A stretch of DNA of 58,124 bases, filler included, from Asterionella formosa (Eukaryota), in assembly GCA_002256025.1 (NCBI GenBank). It is 4 parts of 4 records of this genome, joined end to end, with 100 filler letters (N's around TTAATTAATTAA, not from the genome) between each part and the next. Parts side by side here need not be neighbours in the genome. Positions count along the whole stretch, not along the records: positions 1 to 14,473 come from NKIB01005964.1; positions 14,574 to 29,047 come from NKIB01005971.1; 2 more parts are not named here. One strand, 5' to 3'. How positions within the stretch are numbered: position 1 is the first letter of the stretch; every line of letters begins with the position of its first letter. The notes under the pieces were generated by a model. The model was not told where the DNA came from and made no database searches. It was given only the letters and a program-made list of their open reading frames with translations. Position numbers and translations under genes: made by a program. Below, in pieces: positions 11,221-22,760 of the stretch.

Positions 11221-11991
11221 ATGTCTCATCGCCAAGAAATCAACAGATCGCCACCATTGTCAAGCTTCTCTCATCGAGCTGTTGCCTCTAACAAGAAGAC
11301 TCGTAAAGTCAAGCACATTGTGTCCAACGCGGACAGAGCCGAATTAGAGAGACACTACACTTTCTTACCCGAGAAAGATCAGATAGACAAATGGCAAGAC
11401 CGCATGGTGCAACAGTATCATTCGCATCTATACAAGGAATATGTGCTAGCAGATTTGACAAGGCCTGGTCAAGTGGGCTTGCGATGGCGGACAAGAGAGG
11501 AAGTAGAAAGTGGCAGAGGACACACAACGTGTGGTAACAAATTTTGCCGATCGACTTCCTGCTCACCGGAAAAGTCACCGAAAACTGATTTGTTGTTACG
11601 AAATTATTTTAGCTCTGCTATTTCTAATTCAGAATTCGAGGAGCGAAAATTACTGGAAAATATTCCTTTTGGGCTAGGGCTGTTTGATTTCGAGGTGCCG
11701 TTTACTTACGTAGAGCAAGGAGAGTCAAAAGAGGAGCTGGTTAAACTGAGCCTGTGCCTCAGATGTGCTCCACTGCTTTTTCAAACGAAGGGTCGTTCAG
11801 ATCCCGCATTGAGAGCAAGACAGGCAAGAGATCAGATGAGAGAAGACAAAGGTAGAGAGGAATTCGCCTTTGTAGATGAGGGAACAAACGACCACCGGAA
11901 GCAACAACAGCCTTCAGAAACGGACTCAAACAACGAAGACGAGAATCAGCGACGGAGAGACAAGAAAAGAAGAAAACAAGACAGAAGATAG
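11221..11991 (+). CDS. FRA10AC1: Folate-sensitive fragile site protein FRA10AC1 (spliceosome-associated); alternative upstream ATG at 11155
   Basis: Motifs YHSHLYKEYVLADL, GLRWRT.EEV.SG.G..TCGNK.C, FEVPFTYVE.GE.K..LVKL.LC..CA; basic C-terminal tail. Confidence 0.9.
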   Translation: MSHRQEINRSPPLSSFSHRAVASNKKTRKVKHIVSNADRAELERHYTFLPEKDQIDKWQDRMVQQYHSHLYKEYVLADLTRPGQVGLRWRTREEVESGRGHTTCGNKFCRSTSCSPEKSPKTDLLLRNYFSSAISNSEFEERKLLENIPFGLGLFDFEVPFTYVEQGESKEELVKLSLCLRCAPLLFQTKGRSDPALRARQARDQMREDKGREEFAFVDEGTNDHRKQQQPSETDSNNEDENQRRRDKKRRKQDRR

Positions 11992-12093
11992 TAAAACAGG
12001 AAAGGAAGAGAAACAAATGATATTAAACGATAATACAAATCTAAACGTAGTCTGAATCCTTGGTATCCTACAATCTTGATGTCTAAAAAAGTA

Positions 12094-13617
12094 TTATGCT
12101 GTCGAACTGGCACTATTGACCCAGTCCTCCAATTCCGTGGGGATGGTTCTGGATCCTGATTCGACACGCTTCCATGCCGCACTTTGGGCGCGAAGGGGAG
12201 AACGTTGCACAACATAGTGAAAGTTGGCCTCTGAAAAGAGATTGTCAAAAGAAATCACTGTGAGTATGCCAGGTTTCGTGCACGAGAACTATTTTAAAAC
12301 AAAATATAGTTTCACGAGATTTTAGAAAGGAAACGCTCACCTTCTAATAACTGCGAAAACTTGGGAGCCGTGCTAATACCAGCCTCCGCAGCACTTCTTC
12401 GCTGTTCTGGGGTCATATCTTCCAAATTGTCGAGAGCATCCCAATATTCTGGCAATTCAATTTTAGGAGGGTTAGCCGCATAGTAGGCCTTGACGACCAA
12501 TGATTGAGTCAATGAAAAAACATTGGAGGTAAACCAATAAATGGTCAAGCCAGCGGGAACTTGAAGAGAAAAGTATCCAATCATCAAGGGTAAGAACTTG
12601 AGAATACCTTGCGTTTTCTCCATTTGTTCTTTTTCCTCGTCGGTCATGCTATCATCTACCATGGATGGCGACAAAACGTTCATAGTGAGAGACTGTCCCA
12701 ATACCAGGAGTACAGGCATGATCAAAAAGGCAATCGTCGTCTCCCATCCCATTTGTGGCACAGGAAGAAAGCTCCCATCAACCGTCGTCCATCCAGTAGT
12801 CAACCAATCCATTCCCTGGAATTTGGGAGCAGTCACGGGACCTTCCAATGAGGGAATCCACAAAAACGGTTCTTGCAAATCACCATCCATGGCCAGTAAT
12901 CGGATACCTCTGTAAAGACCGAGCAAGACGGGGAGCTGTACAATCGACAACAAGCAACCAGAGAGGGGATTTTGTTTTGCATCTTCGAACAACTTGGAAA
13001 TGGCACGGTTTTGGGCTTCCTGGTTGTCCTTGAATTTAGCTTTGATTTCCGTCATGTATGGCTTCAACGCCTTTGTGTATTCAGCCGACTTGGTTTGTTG
13101 AACAGAAATGGGAATCAACACGGACCTGACGACTTTTGAAAATGGAGACAGACAGCGTAAAATTAGAAGAATTACAATAAAAACTATCGGTATGGAGGCG
13201 GCATGGAATATCACGAACAGCCACACTGTTACACCCAACCTTAGTCGTACCTGCAGTGAATATGGCGATCGAGATCCCCCAAGTTTGTGTGATGCCCTGG
13301 TCACGAAGAGGTTGATCGATTGTGGCGTGAATAAACGAGAGAAAGGACTTGAAGAGTCCCAGGTAGTTTGACCACCACCCTGATTCCTGAACAGCGTCGG
13401 TGGCATCGGCAACTGCTGCATCAGTGAGCATGATGGAAGAGAAATGTTGAAATTGGCTGACTACAGCGCTCATGGCATCTACATGTTCTGGCAGAATGGC
13501 GGCGACTTGGGTCAATGGCGCCTTCAACGTCGTTGTCTTTAACATCACGGTTGGCCGAGGCGCAAAGGCGGCTGCTGTCCCCACACATAACAAAAGAACG
13601 GCTGCTGCTGATCTCAT
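12094..13617 (-). CDS. ALB3: Plastid thylakoid insertase ALB3 (YidC/Oxa1 family), 3 exons (13617-13251, 13132-12341, 12230-12094; 431 aa)
   Basis: WGISIAIFT, NPLSGCL...QLPV, FLWIPSLEGP, QVPAGLTIYWFTSN. Two GT-AG introns keep frame (367+792+137=1296 nt). Leader MRSAAAVLLLCVGTAAA-FAP fits the ASAFAP plastid-targeting motif. Confidence 0.92.
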
Positions 13618-14030
13618 GGTTTATGGTCGTTCGATCCTATGCAATGGTACAATGGTATGTATGATATAGCTACTAATACCGGTACTGTATATGGCTGAAA
13701 CCGGATATATCTTGGTGTCACAATTTTTCTCTTTTACGACTTTATATGCATTGCGGTATGAACCATGTTATTTGCATTGTTTCGTTTTGCTACCATAATC
13801 ATAAGCCCAAGGAGATGATGGGGAGGTTCGGATGGGCCTGCCTATTCATGTGGGGATGATGGCTGATGGGCGGAAATGTTGAAGTCCAACAACCTCGTCG
13901 CGATCTTCCACGTTGAACGAAGTGGACGGCATGTTGGTTGTCGACGTACATACGGCAGGATAGAGATTCAAACCGTGGGTAGGAACCTAAGTACAGGCAC
14001 AGTTTTATGTAGGTAGATACGAACGATGCT

Positions 14031-14126
14031 GTGGTACTGGTACCTGGTAGACTACCAGGTCCGGTGACCAATGATGAACCTGATACCAGTGCCAGGAGTA
14101 CCGGTACTGGTACCAGGTACCTGGTA
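14031..14126. repeat. Cluster of TACTGGTA/TACCGGTA/TACC(A/T)GGTA units
   Basis: GTACTGGTACCTGGTA and GTACCGGTACTGGTACCAGGTACCTGGTA upstream of ALB3. Confidence 0.85.
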
Positions 14127-14473
14127 AAAGGTATGGGCAGGGATTGCTAGTCTACGAGTACAGATGCAGTACCGGTATATTGGTTTGATTATAAAAAATA
14201 CAGAATCGGCCGTCCATGGATTAGCAGTATGCGAGTACAGAATCAGAATTGATATACCGGTATATAAAGTAACACCCCTACTGCTTGAGCGATCTTGCGC
14301 ATCAATACAGATGTATATAGGGTTAGTGTTATATCATTTATGTATAAGAACTCAATAATGAGAGAACTCGACTAACCCTCATTGTATACTTTGGTGTCGA
14401 CTTGGAGAACGAGTTACACACAAGGATTAACAAATAAGCTCATATATTCAACAAATACTACTACTTCTAGTTA

Positions 14474-14573
14474 NNNNNNNNNNNNNNNNNNNNNNNNNNN
14501 NNNNNNNNNNNNNNNNNTTAATTAATTAANNNNNNNNNNNNNNNNNNNNNNNNNNNNNNNNNNNNNNNNNNNN
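14474..14573. other. Artificial scaffold linker
   Basis: Exactly 100 bp of N surrounding TTAATTAATTAA (stops in all six frames). Confidence 0.97.
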
Positions 14574-17137
14574 ATGGTTCTCACCATAGCCAATCATTAC
14601 CATGGGATTTGCTTTCTCTTTGAACTTCCCTTTCATTGTGGACCTGTTTGTAACATAACCAACTCTTCCAAACTCAATCAGGTGTGTGTAGATGTTACTT
14701 GGTTTTCCATAAAATAACTCATCAGGTGGTACTAGAGAATTTCCTAGTATCGCTGCTGTTTTTGTCGCTTCAGCCCATAATTTAGCTTGCATCTTTTTGG
14801 TCCATGCAGCAGATATCATCATTGCCAGCGCACGCTTTGCATCACGTGAAAACATCCTTTCCACTACTCCATTGTGCTGTGGTGTGTGAGGTGCTGTGTA
14901 CTCCAACTGAATTTCATATTCTCCTTCACATATTTTTCGTAATTCAAAAATATGCTCGTCTGCATTTTCACACCGTAGATATTTTACTGGCTTCCCAGCA
15001 GCCTTCAACTTGTCCAAAATTTCCTTCAGTACCTTTGTTATGCCATTTTTTCTTGCTCCATAAAAATCCCATGACTTCCTTGTTTTGTCATCAACAAATT
15101 TATACCAATAACGTGAACCCATCACTGTCTCTGAATATGGGCCACTTGTATCCATATAAATTCTCTCGCCAGGTTTTTCTGCTACCACTGTAGTCACCTT
15201 GTTTGTTCGTTTCTGGGTAGCTTTTGCTCGTGCACAGCCATCACACACCAACATTTTTCCAACTGGTAAGTGCTTGCAGCATTTTTCGCACCACTTTTTC
15301 TGTTGCATGCCCAAATTTTCTGTGTGCCTCATTAATGTTCATTAGTTCTCTCTTCTGTTTCTTCATCATTCCATCATCATTTTTAATTTCTTCAATATTG
15401 TAGACCTCTTCTGCTCCGGCAACATGCTGTGCAATCAGATAACAAGCCATACCATCGGTTCCTGTCGCAAAACTCATGATGCCACCAGAATCATTAAATA
15501 TCTTGGATCCTTCTTTTCCAGCCACAAATTCGTTTCCTTTCTCTGTCAACCTGCCAACACTTATCAAATTTCGAGCAAAACCGGGAACAAACATCATTTT
15601 TTCCAATTTCAGTGTTTTCTTTGTGTCCTTCTGCTCCAGAGTTAAACCACCAATCTCTGTTGCCTTAAGGGTTTCATTGTGTCCAACCCTCACATGCTCA
15701 CCTTCAGTTGCAGTCTGCAAATTACTCATTTTTATAGTGTTGATGGACACATGGGTTGTTTCCCCTGAGTCAACAAGCCAGCTTTCATGTCCACTCTCTG
15801 TGACAGGGCTCATGGTTTTCAATGAATTTGTAGCAACAACTTCCTCATCCCACATCCATTCTGCTCCATGGCTTGCTTGTTTTCTCCATCTGGTAAATAA
15901 TTTCTTTCTCATCAACAATTCCTCTGTTCTCATTTTCATCGACATTGTCATATTCCTCCTCATCACTTGTCTCACACATATCAACCCAGCTCGCGGTCTT
16001 TTTCTCTACTTTCTTCTTTTGGCTTATCACTTGTTGGAACTTGTTGTATTTTCTTGGTTTCCACTTAAATTCTCTTATGTCTTTCAAGACACTTCTCTTC
16101 TTCCTGTTGTAGTCTGCAATTTCTTGCAAAAGTTCAATTGCAAATTTATTTGTGTCAAAATACTCTGTTTTAGCTTCTTGATTCTTCTTGACATCATCCT
16201 CCCGGATATCAGGTCCATGGATTGTCATACCGACAAACATACCAGACTCTTCCTTCTTTGGACAATCTCTTGCAATGTTTCCAAATCCACCGCAGCTGTA
16301 GCACTTCACCTTCGGTCTTTCAATGTCTTTCTCTCCACTGTTCTTGCTATTGCCAGTGCTTCTGCAGTCTCTTGCTCTATGGCCTTGTCTTCCACACTTG
16401 TTGCATTTACCTTTAAAGGTTCTCCAAGCACCTTTTCCACTTGTAGTATTCAGAGCCAGATACTTTCCCCTTTCCTTGTTCTCTCTTTGATCTTGATTTT
16501 CGCGATTTTTACGATTTTTGAATGGCTCCACAAACATCTCATAATGGCCAATGATCTCAGCAATGAAGTCCTTATTGTCAAATCCTTTTGTACCAATCTT
16601 CCTATTTAGAGATGTAATCACTGATTCATATCTTCGTTTTGGTAGTCTTGCTAATATGGTTGCTTGCATTTGCTCTTCACTGCGTCTTGATCCATTTTCG
16701 CACTTTTCCACTTCTCTGTTCAATCATTCCATTTCGACAATCCAAAGGTAGGGATCATCTATGTTTGATTTCATGTAACACTTTTCAAGCTTGGTTGTTG
16801 CTTTACCAAATCTTTTGTTTTCTTTGAGTTGTACCGGTCCTTGAGAGCTTGAAACATTTGGTATGCTGTTTCATATGATTCAATGATTAAAATGCTTTGC
16901 TTCATCATCTTGTCTCACCAACTCCATCTCTTCTTTTGTCAAATCTTCTTTCTCTGCCCAACTTGGAAGAACTCTTTCTTCGAGTAACACCTTCTTGAAA
17001 CCCTTTGTTGCAGCAAATACCTCAGCCTTCTTGAAAAATTCTCGGGGTTCAACTCCCCCCTTTGTAGTGTCAGTTCCATAAAAAGGAATGACCTTGACCG
17101 ACTCCAGGACTGTTCCAGCCTTCTTTGCTTCACTCAT
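14574..17137 (-). mobile_element. Degenerate Ty1/copia LTR retrotransposon internal region (gag, protease, integrase), cut by scaffold end
   Basis: Two zinc knuckles (CNKCGRQGHRARDC, CYSCGGFGNIARDC), protease WLVDSG, AHRKFGH + CDGC, and integrase core YMDTSGP...YLRCENADE...TPQHNGVVER. Order PR-INT indicates copia. Split across frames by frameshifts. Confidence 0.95.
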
Positions 17138-17201
17138 CCTTTGCACAATCACTTTTTGTCTTCCTGACCTTAACTTCCACAAGCAATCGTTTTTAAAAAC
17201 G

Positions 17202-18042
17202 TGTTGAGATGTTCCAGGTCTCCTTGATAGTACTTACAGGTCTAGTGTCCAGTACTACTACTAGTTCTCCACTAGCTAGTTTTCGACAACACTTTAATCT
17301 ACTTTTAGATTAATCTCTTTCAATGTTGTGATTACTTCAGATTACTTTTTCTATCAATCTTACCAAATTCTATCAATCCTGCCAAATTACTTAGTCTGAC
17401 CAAATTGATCTTGTTTCACGAATTTAAGTTTCTTGGATTTGTTCTTCACCTCAATCCACTCTTTCTCATTGGTTGACTTCATACGATTTTCAATTCTAAT
17501 CGTCTCAGTCTAATCATTCAATCTTGCATGTTGGACTTGCTCTGTAGGAATTGCTATTCCATTTACGAATCCCACATATATTTTCCTGAACTGACCTTCT
17601 TGTTCCATGGAATTCCTCACCATGACTGTCGGTCGTGCAGACTGTGCAGTCATTGCAGTACTAGATATACTACTGTGTGCTAACAGTACCGGTAGTCGTT
17701 TATCCTCAACCCTGGTTGTCACAACAAGAGATTCATTTCGTGAAAAATATTTAGCTATATTTTTATAAAGTATGGTTTGTACCATACCAACGAGAGCTAC
17801 CAGTCATACTGTGAGGGTGGTGGTGGTTTTTCTCTCGCTCCGCAGCATCATTGCTTTTGTTCTTTGCACCAAAATTATTGCAGTCCGTGCGTTGAGGGTA
17901 CGGTATTTACTTACTACCAGTATCAAAGTACCGTACGATACACCAATGATCAAATCATGAATCAAATTACGCGTAAATGAATTAATTCATGAATCAGCAA
18001 ACCGGTTACCGCTAGTAACAAACACAACAAATTCTTTCAACA
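17202..18042 (-). mobile_element. Candidate 5' LTR of the copia element (~841 bp)
   Basis: Bounded by TGTTGA (17202) and TCAACA (18042), 65 bp from the gag ATG. The second LTR is not in the window, so this is unverified. Confidence 0.45.
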
Positions 18043-18247
18043 TCCGTGTTTGCACCTTTCTTGAACGTGGAGCAAGGTCTCTCTGTATTACCTCGCAGTT
18101 TTGATTGCACTACAGAACGGGTATCACTAAAGAGTCACAAGAGCTGATTTACTCGAGTGCATTCAGACATTGATTGTACTCCCACATTTGTTGTTGTTGC
18201 TGCATGATTTTTTAGCTCAAAGCCGGTAGGTGGTACATCGGCCAACT

Positions 18248-21200
18248 ATGAGCAGAGACGGCAAGCTAGAACGCGATGCTATTCAAAACAGGCATGTTCT
18301 ATATGACGAAGAGAACCGAGGAGATCAGTATTTCCTAGCGGCCTCAAAGGGCCACACGAAGTATCCTAATTTTGGGTTCAATCGTAAAGTTTCGCCTTGT
18401 CCCTCCAGAGCGAAAATGCCTGAAACATCAGGATTTACATTTGATGATTATGATGAAGACAGTGGCAAAAGCGGCACCAATTCCGTGAAAATCAATGATG
18501 ATGATTATAATATGAAGAAACCAGCGGCAGTAGAGAGCAGAACTAGAGAGCCAACGCATGAGCATAACATGACTCGATCCCATAGCCGTCGATTCCTGTC
18601 GAGATTTCTAGATTGCGAAATGAATACCGTTAGTTTGAGACGACCTGATTTTGATGAAGATCGCGCCATGAGGGATGCCCCAACTCATGCATCAAATGAC
18701 TCAAGCACCCAGCAAATTCTTCGTCAGAGTAGGAATTATGTCTCGACAAGGGGAAGGTGGAATGATGCACTATATCCTAGAGTTGACCAATTTGACTCGT
18801 ACGATCCCGCTACTATTAATTCTATTCGTCAAGATAGTATGCTTTCCCTTTCGAATGGATCCATGATGAGCAAGGAATCGACGAGATCCATGATATCGAA
18901 ATTGACATTTGACGATACCGTCAGTGGAGACACTGCAATAAGTCGATTAACTTTTGACACGCAGGAAATGGAAAGCTCGGCACCTCCTAGATCTTCTTAC
19001 GATAAAAGGTTAAGAGATAAAATGAGAGGGGCGAATTCCAATAGATATCCAGAAGGGGTTCAACACCTTGATGAACTGAATGACGAGAGAAGTAAGAATG
19101 GTGCTAGATTTGCCCTGTTCCATAGCGCGGGGAGAAGGGCACCAGCAGAAAACACCACCCAAAACAGTGTCGAATTGACGAGATCCTTTGGAACTAATAT
19201 CGCAGCAACGTCATGTTTTGTTAGTGGAGGTTCTGATGCTGCTGCTCAAAACCCCGAAGTGTCAACGGAACTTCATCGACAAGGGGGACGATCAGACGTT
19301 GGGCTAGATGCAGCACATAATAACGCTCTGTATCGTGCTGCTCTTCCTGGTATAAATCGATTGGAAAAACCTTATCGACCCGGAGCAGATCCCATGGAAA
19401 TCCAGACACATTGTGCCCCAGCGCTTCGACCTATGCAAACTCAACACCTTCAACGCACAATAAGTGGCGAATCATTCCAGGTGATCAATAGCTCACCGGG
19501 TGCTTGTTCAGGATTTTTTGCCAATATGCCACAATCCACGATGGTATCGAACACTTCTGCTGTGTCCAACTCCAAGCGTTTGCCAATTTGGAAAGAGCGA
19601 ACTTTTCCATTTCTTGCTTCTTTGGGAGTATTAGGCTGTGTTGGGTTTATTGTATTAGTTGTTGTTCTGGTGGTCGTTGTGAAGCCTAGAAGTACACCAA
19701 CTAATTCATTGTTGTCTGGGACCATGGAACCGACTTCTGGGCCGACAGTGTTATGGAATGTCCTAATAGACGACCTGCAGTCCATATCTGATAGTGAAGC
19801 ACTGCTAAATCCTGAGTCGCCACAGCACAAAGCAGCCTACTGGTTGTCGCAAATGGATAACTTACCAACAGATTATGATCTGAATGAAGTGTTACAGCGA
19901 TATTCGTTGGCTGTAATTTATCACGCATTAACAGAGGCAGGTGCCAGCACTAATCTAAGTGGTTGGTTAGATACAGAACGTCATGAGTGTGAATGGGGAA
20001 CATCAATTATTTGTGGAGATTCGGGATTGTCGAGCAGGAAGGTTATAGCGTTAAACATGCGCCAACATAGCCTGAAGGGGACAATCCCTGATGAAATAAG
20101 GCTTCTGGATAGGCTCGAGTCTCTTCAAATCAGTGAAAATGCAATATATGGAAACATTCCTGCGGCCCTCGGGATGTTTTCGAATCTTCATCAATTGGAA
20201 ATGGAACGAAATTCTTTCACAGGAGATATCCCAATAGCAATAGGTGCTTTGACATCCCTGAAACAACTCGATTTGAGTCATAACTTTTTCACTTCTACAC
20301 TTCCTGATGAGTTGTTCCAACTCAAGAAGCTACAGTACATCGATGTGTCCTACAATAGACTTGTTGGTTACTTTTCAAACAAGTTTGCAGCGTTAAGCTT
20401 CCTGTCAACGATTGATATTCGTATGAACGAATTCACAGGGACTTTTCCTGAGAATCTCAATCAACTGTCAGAACTGGCTAGATTGAATGTAGACTTCAAT
20501 CAACTCAGCGGAAGTTTCCCACAAACCTTCGACTTTATGGCCAAACTGGAAGAACTCACAGTATCCAACAACTTACTAACTGGTAGTATTTCGAATGAGA
20601 CCTCTCCCGAATTTCAAAACCAAGCCGTTGAAAATTTTCTAGCAGGGAAATGGATGCTCAAGAAACTGGACATTTCTAACAACTTTTTTTCTGGTGTGGT
20701 ACCAAATCTGATTGAGATGCTCCCGAATATGATTCATATTGAGATCAAAGGTAATATGTTAGAGGGCCCACTACCGACGCTTTCCAGCTCGAGCGTCGAA
20801 CACATTGGTGCTGCCAATAATTATCTCACTGGGACAATACAAACCAACTTTGCGGATTCTTTGCAATATTTGGATTACAGTGGAAACAAAGTCTCGGGAT
20901 CGATTCCTTCCGAGCTAGCAACTCTGCGTTGGCTCGCCAACTTGGATTTTAGCCGAAACAAATTGTTAAATGGGACCTTGCCGACTGAGCTGGGTGAATT
21001 GCGCAGTATTCAGTATCTTGCCCTTGGCAACTGCAGCCTGACAGGTACACTCCCGGTTACCTGGGGGAATCTTACGATACTTGTCAACCTTTCTCTCGAG
21101 GGCAATCACTTTACCGGCAGTATCCCGTCATCCTATCAGAGTCTTGTTTCGTTGAAACAATTAATCTTGAAAAACAATTCACTTTCAGGATTGATTCCGA

Positions 21201-21487
21201 GTTCCCTTAGCAGATTGTCAGCTTTGGAGGTGTTGGATTTGGGTGACAACAAGTTAATTGGCAATGTTCCAGATGAATTGTCCAGTCTGGGTCACTTGAC
21301 AGATTTGATCTTAAGTGGAAATAACTTGAACGGTAGTATACCTGTCGGTTTGTGCAACATGCTGGGCAGTGAGTTCAGCAACTTTGAAGACATACGCATT
21401 GATTGTGGGGTGTTGTGTTCATGTTGTGATATTCGCAATTTTGGGAAAGATTGCAATATTTCTGCTTCTGTACAGCGTGGAAAATAG
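18248..21487 (+). CDS. Single-pass membrane leucine-rich repeat protein (diatom-type)
   Basis: Disordered N-terminal ~455 aa, TM segment, SPQHKAAYWL / QRYSLAVIY / HECEW cap, then many plant-specific LxxLxLxxNxLxGxIP repeats and a C-terminal DC...CSCC cap. First ATG at 18248. Confidence 0.9.
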   Translation: MSRDGKLERDAIQNRHVLYDEENRGDQYFLAASKGHTKYPNFGFNRKVSPCPSRAKMPETSGFTFDDYDEDSGKSGTNSVKINDDDYNMKKPAAVESRTREPTHEHNMTRSHSRRFLSRFLDCEMNTVSLRRPDFDEDRAMRDAPTHASNDSSTQQILRQSRNYVSTRGRWNDALYPRVDQFDSYDPATINSIRQDSMLSLSNGSMMSKESTRSMISKLTFDDTVSGDTAISRLTFDTQEMESSAPPRSSYDKRLRDKMRGANSNRYPEGVQHLDELNDERSKNGARFALFHSAGRRAPAENTTQNSVELTRSFGTNIAATSCFVSGGSDAAAQNPEVSTELHRQGGRSDVGLDAAHNNALYRAALPGINRLEKPYRPGADPMEIQTHCAPALRPMQTQHLQRTISGESFQVINSSPGACSGFFANMPQSTMVSNTSAVSNSKRLPIWKERTFPFLASLGVLGCVGFIVLVVVLVVVVKPRSTPTNSLLSGTMEPTSGPTVLWNVLIDDLQSISDSEALLNPESPQHKAAYWLSQMDNLPTDYDLNEVLQRYSLAVIYHALTEAGASTNLSGWLDTERHECEWGTSIICGDSGLSSRKVIALNMRQHSLKGTIPDEIRLLDRLESLQISENAIYGNIPAALGMFSNLHQLEMERNSFTGDIPIAIGALTSLKQLDLSHNFFTSTLPDELFQLKKLQYIDVSYNRLVGYFSNKFAALSFLSTIDIRMNEFTGTFPENLNQLSELARLNVDFNQLSGSFPQTFDFMAKLEELTVSNNLLTGSISNETSPEFQNQAVENFLAGKWMLKKLDISNNFFSGVVPNLIEMLPNMIHIEIKGNMLEGPLPTLSSSSVEHIGAANNYLTGTIQTNFADSLQYLDYSGNKVSGSIPSELATLRWLANLDFSRNKLLNGTLPTELGELRSIQYLALGNCSLTGTLPVTWGNLTILVNLSLEGNHFTGSIPSSYQSLVSLKQLILKNNSLSGLIPSSLSRLSALEVLDLGDNKLIGNVPDELSSLGHLTDLILSGNNLNGSIPVGLCNMLGSEFSNFEDIRIDCGVLCSCCDIRNFGKDCNISASVQRGK

Positions 21488-21621
21488 TATGGCACCGGAT
21501 TTCGTATTAAGGTGTCAATAAGTTTTTAACGGTAGCTCAGCCCTCTGACTTCAATTGCAATATATTATCTGATGATCACACTAGTACATTTATAGAAAGC
21601 CATTGAAACATCATGGCTAGA

Positions 21622-22760
21622 CTATACATCATTTTTAGGAATATAAAGCGTTTGAGAACCGGGACGGTATCCCACTTCAAGCTTGGCCTCACTGAAGCCG
21701 CTTTCAGGGGACACAGTCATAACTTGGTTCATTTTCTTGTAAAGTGGTGACCCCTGCCACACGGTTTGACTAGCATAATCTTCAATAGGCATCCACTGAA
21801 TAGCAGCAATTTCTTCTTCTTGGATCTGAACTTGAGAAATATCACTCATCAGCTCCATTTTACAAACAAAAAATAAGTCACTGCCCTTATCTGCCAATGG
21901 ATTGTGGGCCTGTCGAAAAGTCATTATAGAAACTAACTTGCCATCTAGGCCAGTTTCTTCCTTCAACTCCCTAGTTGCCGCTTCTGCAATATCTTCATTA
22001 GGGTCCAACAAGCCCGTGGGCATTTTCCATAGTCCATAGTTCGCAGCTGGGCCTGTCTTTTCTTTGACAACGAGCATAGATTTATCGTCGGTGGGGTGCA
22101 CAACAAAACATCCCACGCCGACTTGATGAGTTGGACCCAATGGCAAGCGGGAAGGGGATTCGGGGAGCCACCTAGTTAACACGAGATTTCCTTTCTTGGC
22201 AGAGTGAAAATCAAAACCATTTTCAACGCAGGACTATTAAAGTATGGTTGCACCAAAGGGAAGATAAATATGAATTATTGTCAAATCGAGCAGTGCCTTC
22301 GCTCCCTAGTAAAAGCAATAGTGTTACGTACCGGTACAAGATGGGCCATGTGCGTTGGAATAAAAATCCAAATCCCTCGTTTGCCTTCCTTTATCCATTC
22401 CTCCAAACTAGATTTCAATTTTTCTGCGAACAGGTGAGGCTCTACTTCGCCCTCCAACTTGGACACTCGCAATTCCACTCCGCTGTACGTATCGAATTCG
22501 ATGGCTTCCTCCGGAAAGCCACCGTTCTCCTGACAGCTGGTGTTGGCGTGATTGTTCATTGCAACGGCCACCATTGTCGCTGTGGCTAGAAACAAGCCTC
22601 CATTTCGCAGTTTCTTTGGACATGCAAATGGGCCAAGCATTGACGTATTCATCAAGGACCGACGAGTTAAGTGCCGTCTGATGACGAATGCGCGGCTATG
22701 CCTAGTAGCGGAAGAAACCAGGAGGGAAGCCAACATCATAGGGCTCATTGTGCTCTTCAT
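21622..22760 (-). CDS. Nudix hydrolase, NUDT6/AtNUDT8-like, 2 exons (22760-22332, 22233-21622; 346 aa)
   Basis: Nudix box GLLDPNEDIAEAATRELKEETG, WKMPTG, SLEEW...GKRGIW and GFDFH. 98-bp GTACGT...TAG intron, phase 0. Organelle-type leader. Confidence 0.9.

Noticed and set aside
14178..14453. Possible LTR (TATTGG...TTCAACA) next to the copia element
   Set aside because: It lies on a different scaffold across an artificial linker, lacks a TG start and shows no visible similarity to 17202-18042.
15476..16609. 377-aa plus-strand ORF
   Set aside because: Antisense shadow of the A-rich copia gag-pol with no recognisable motifs.
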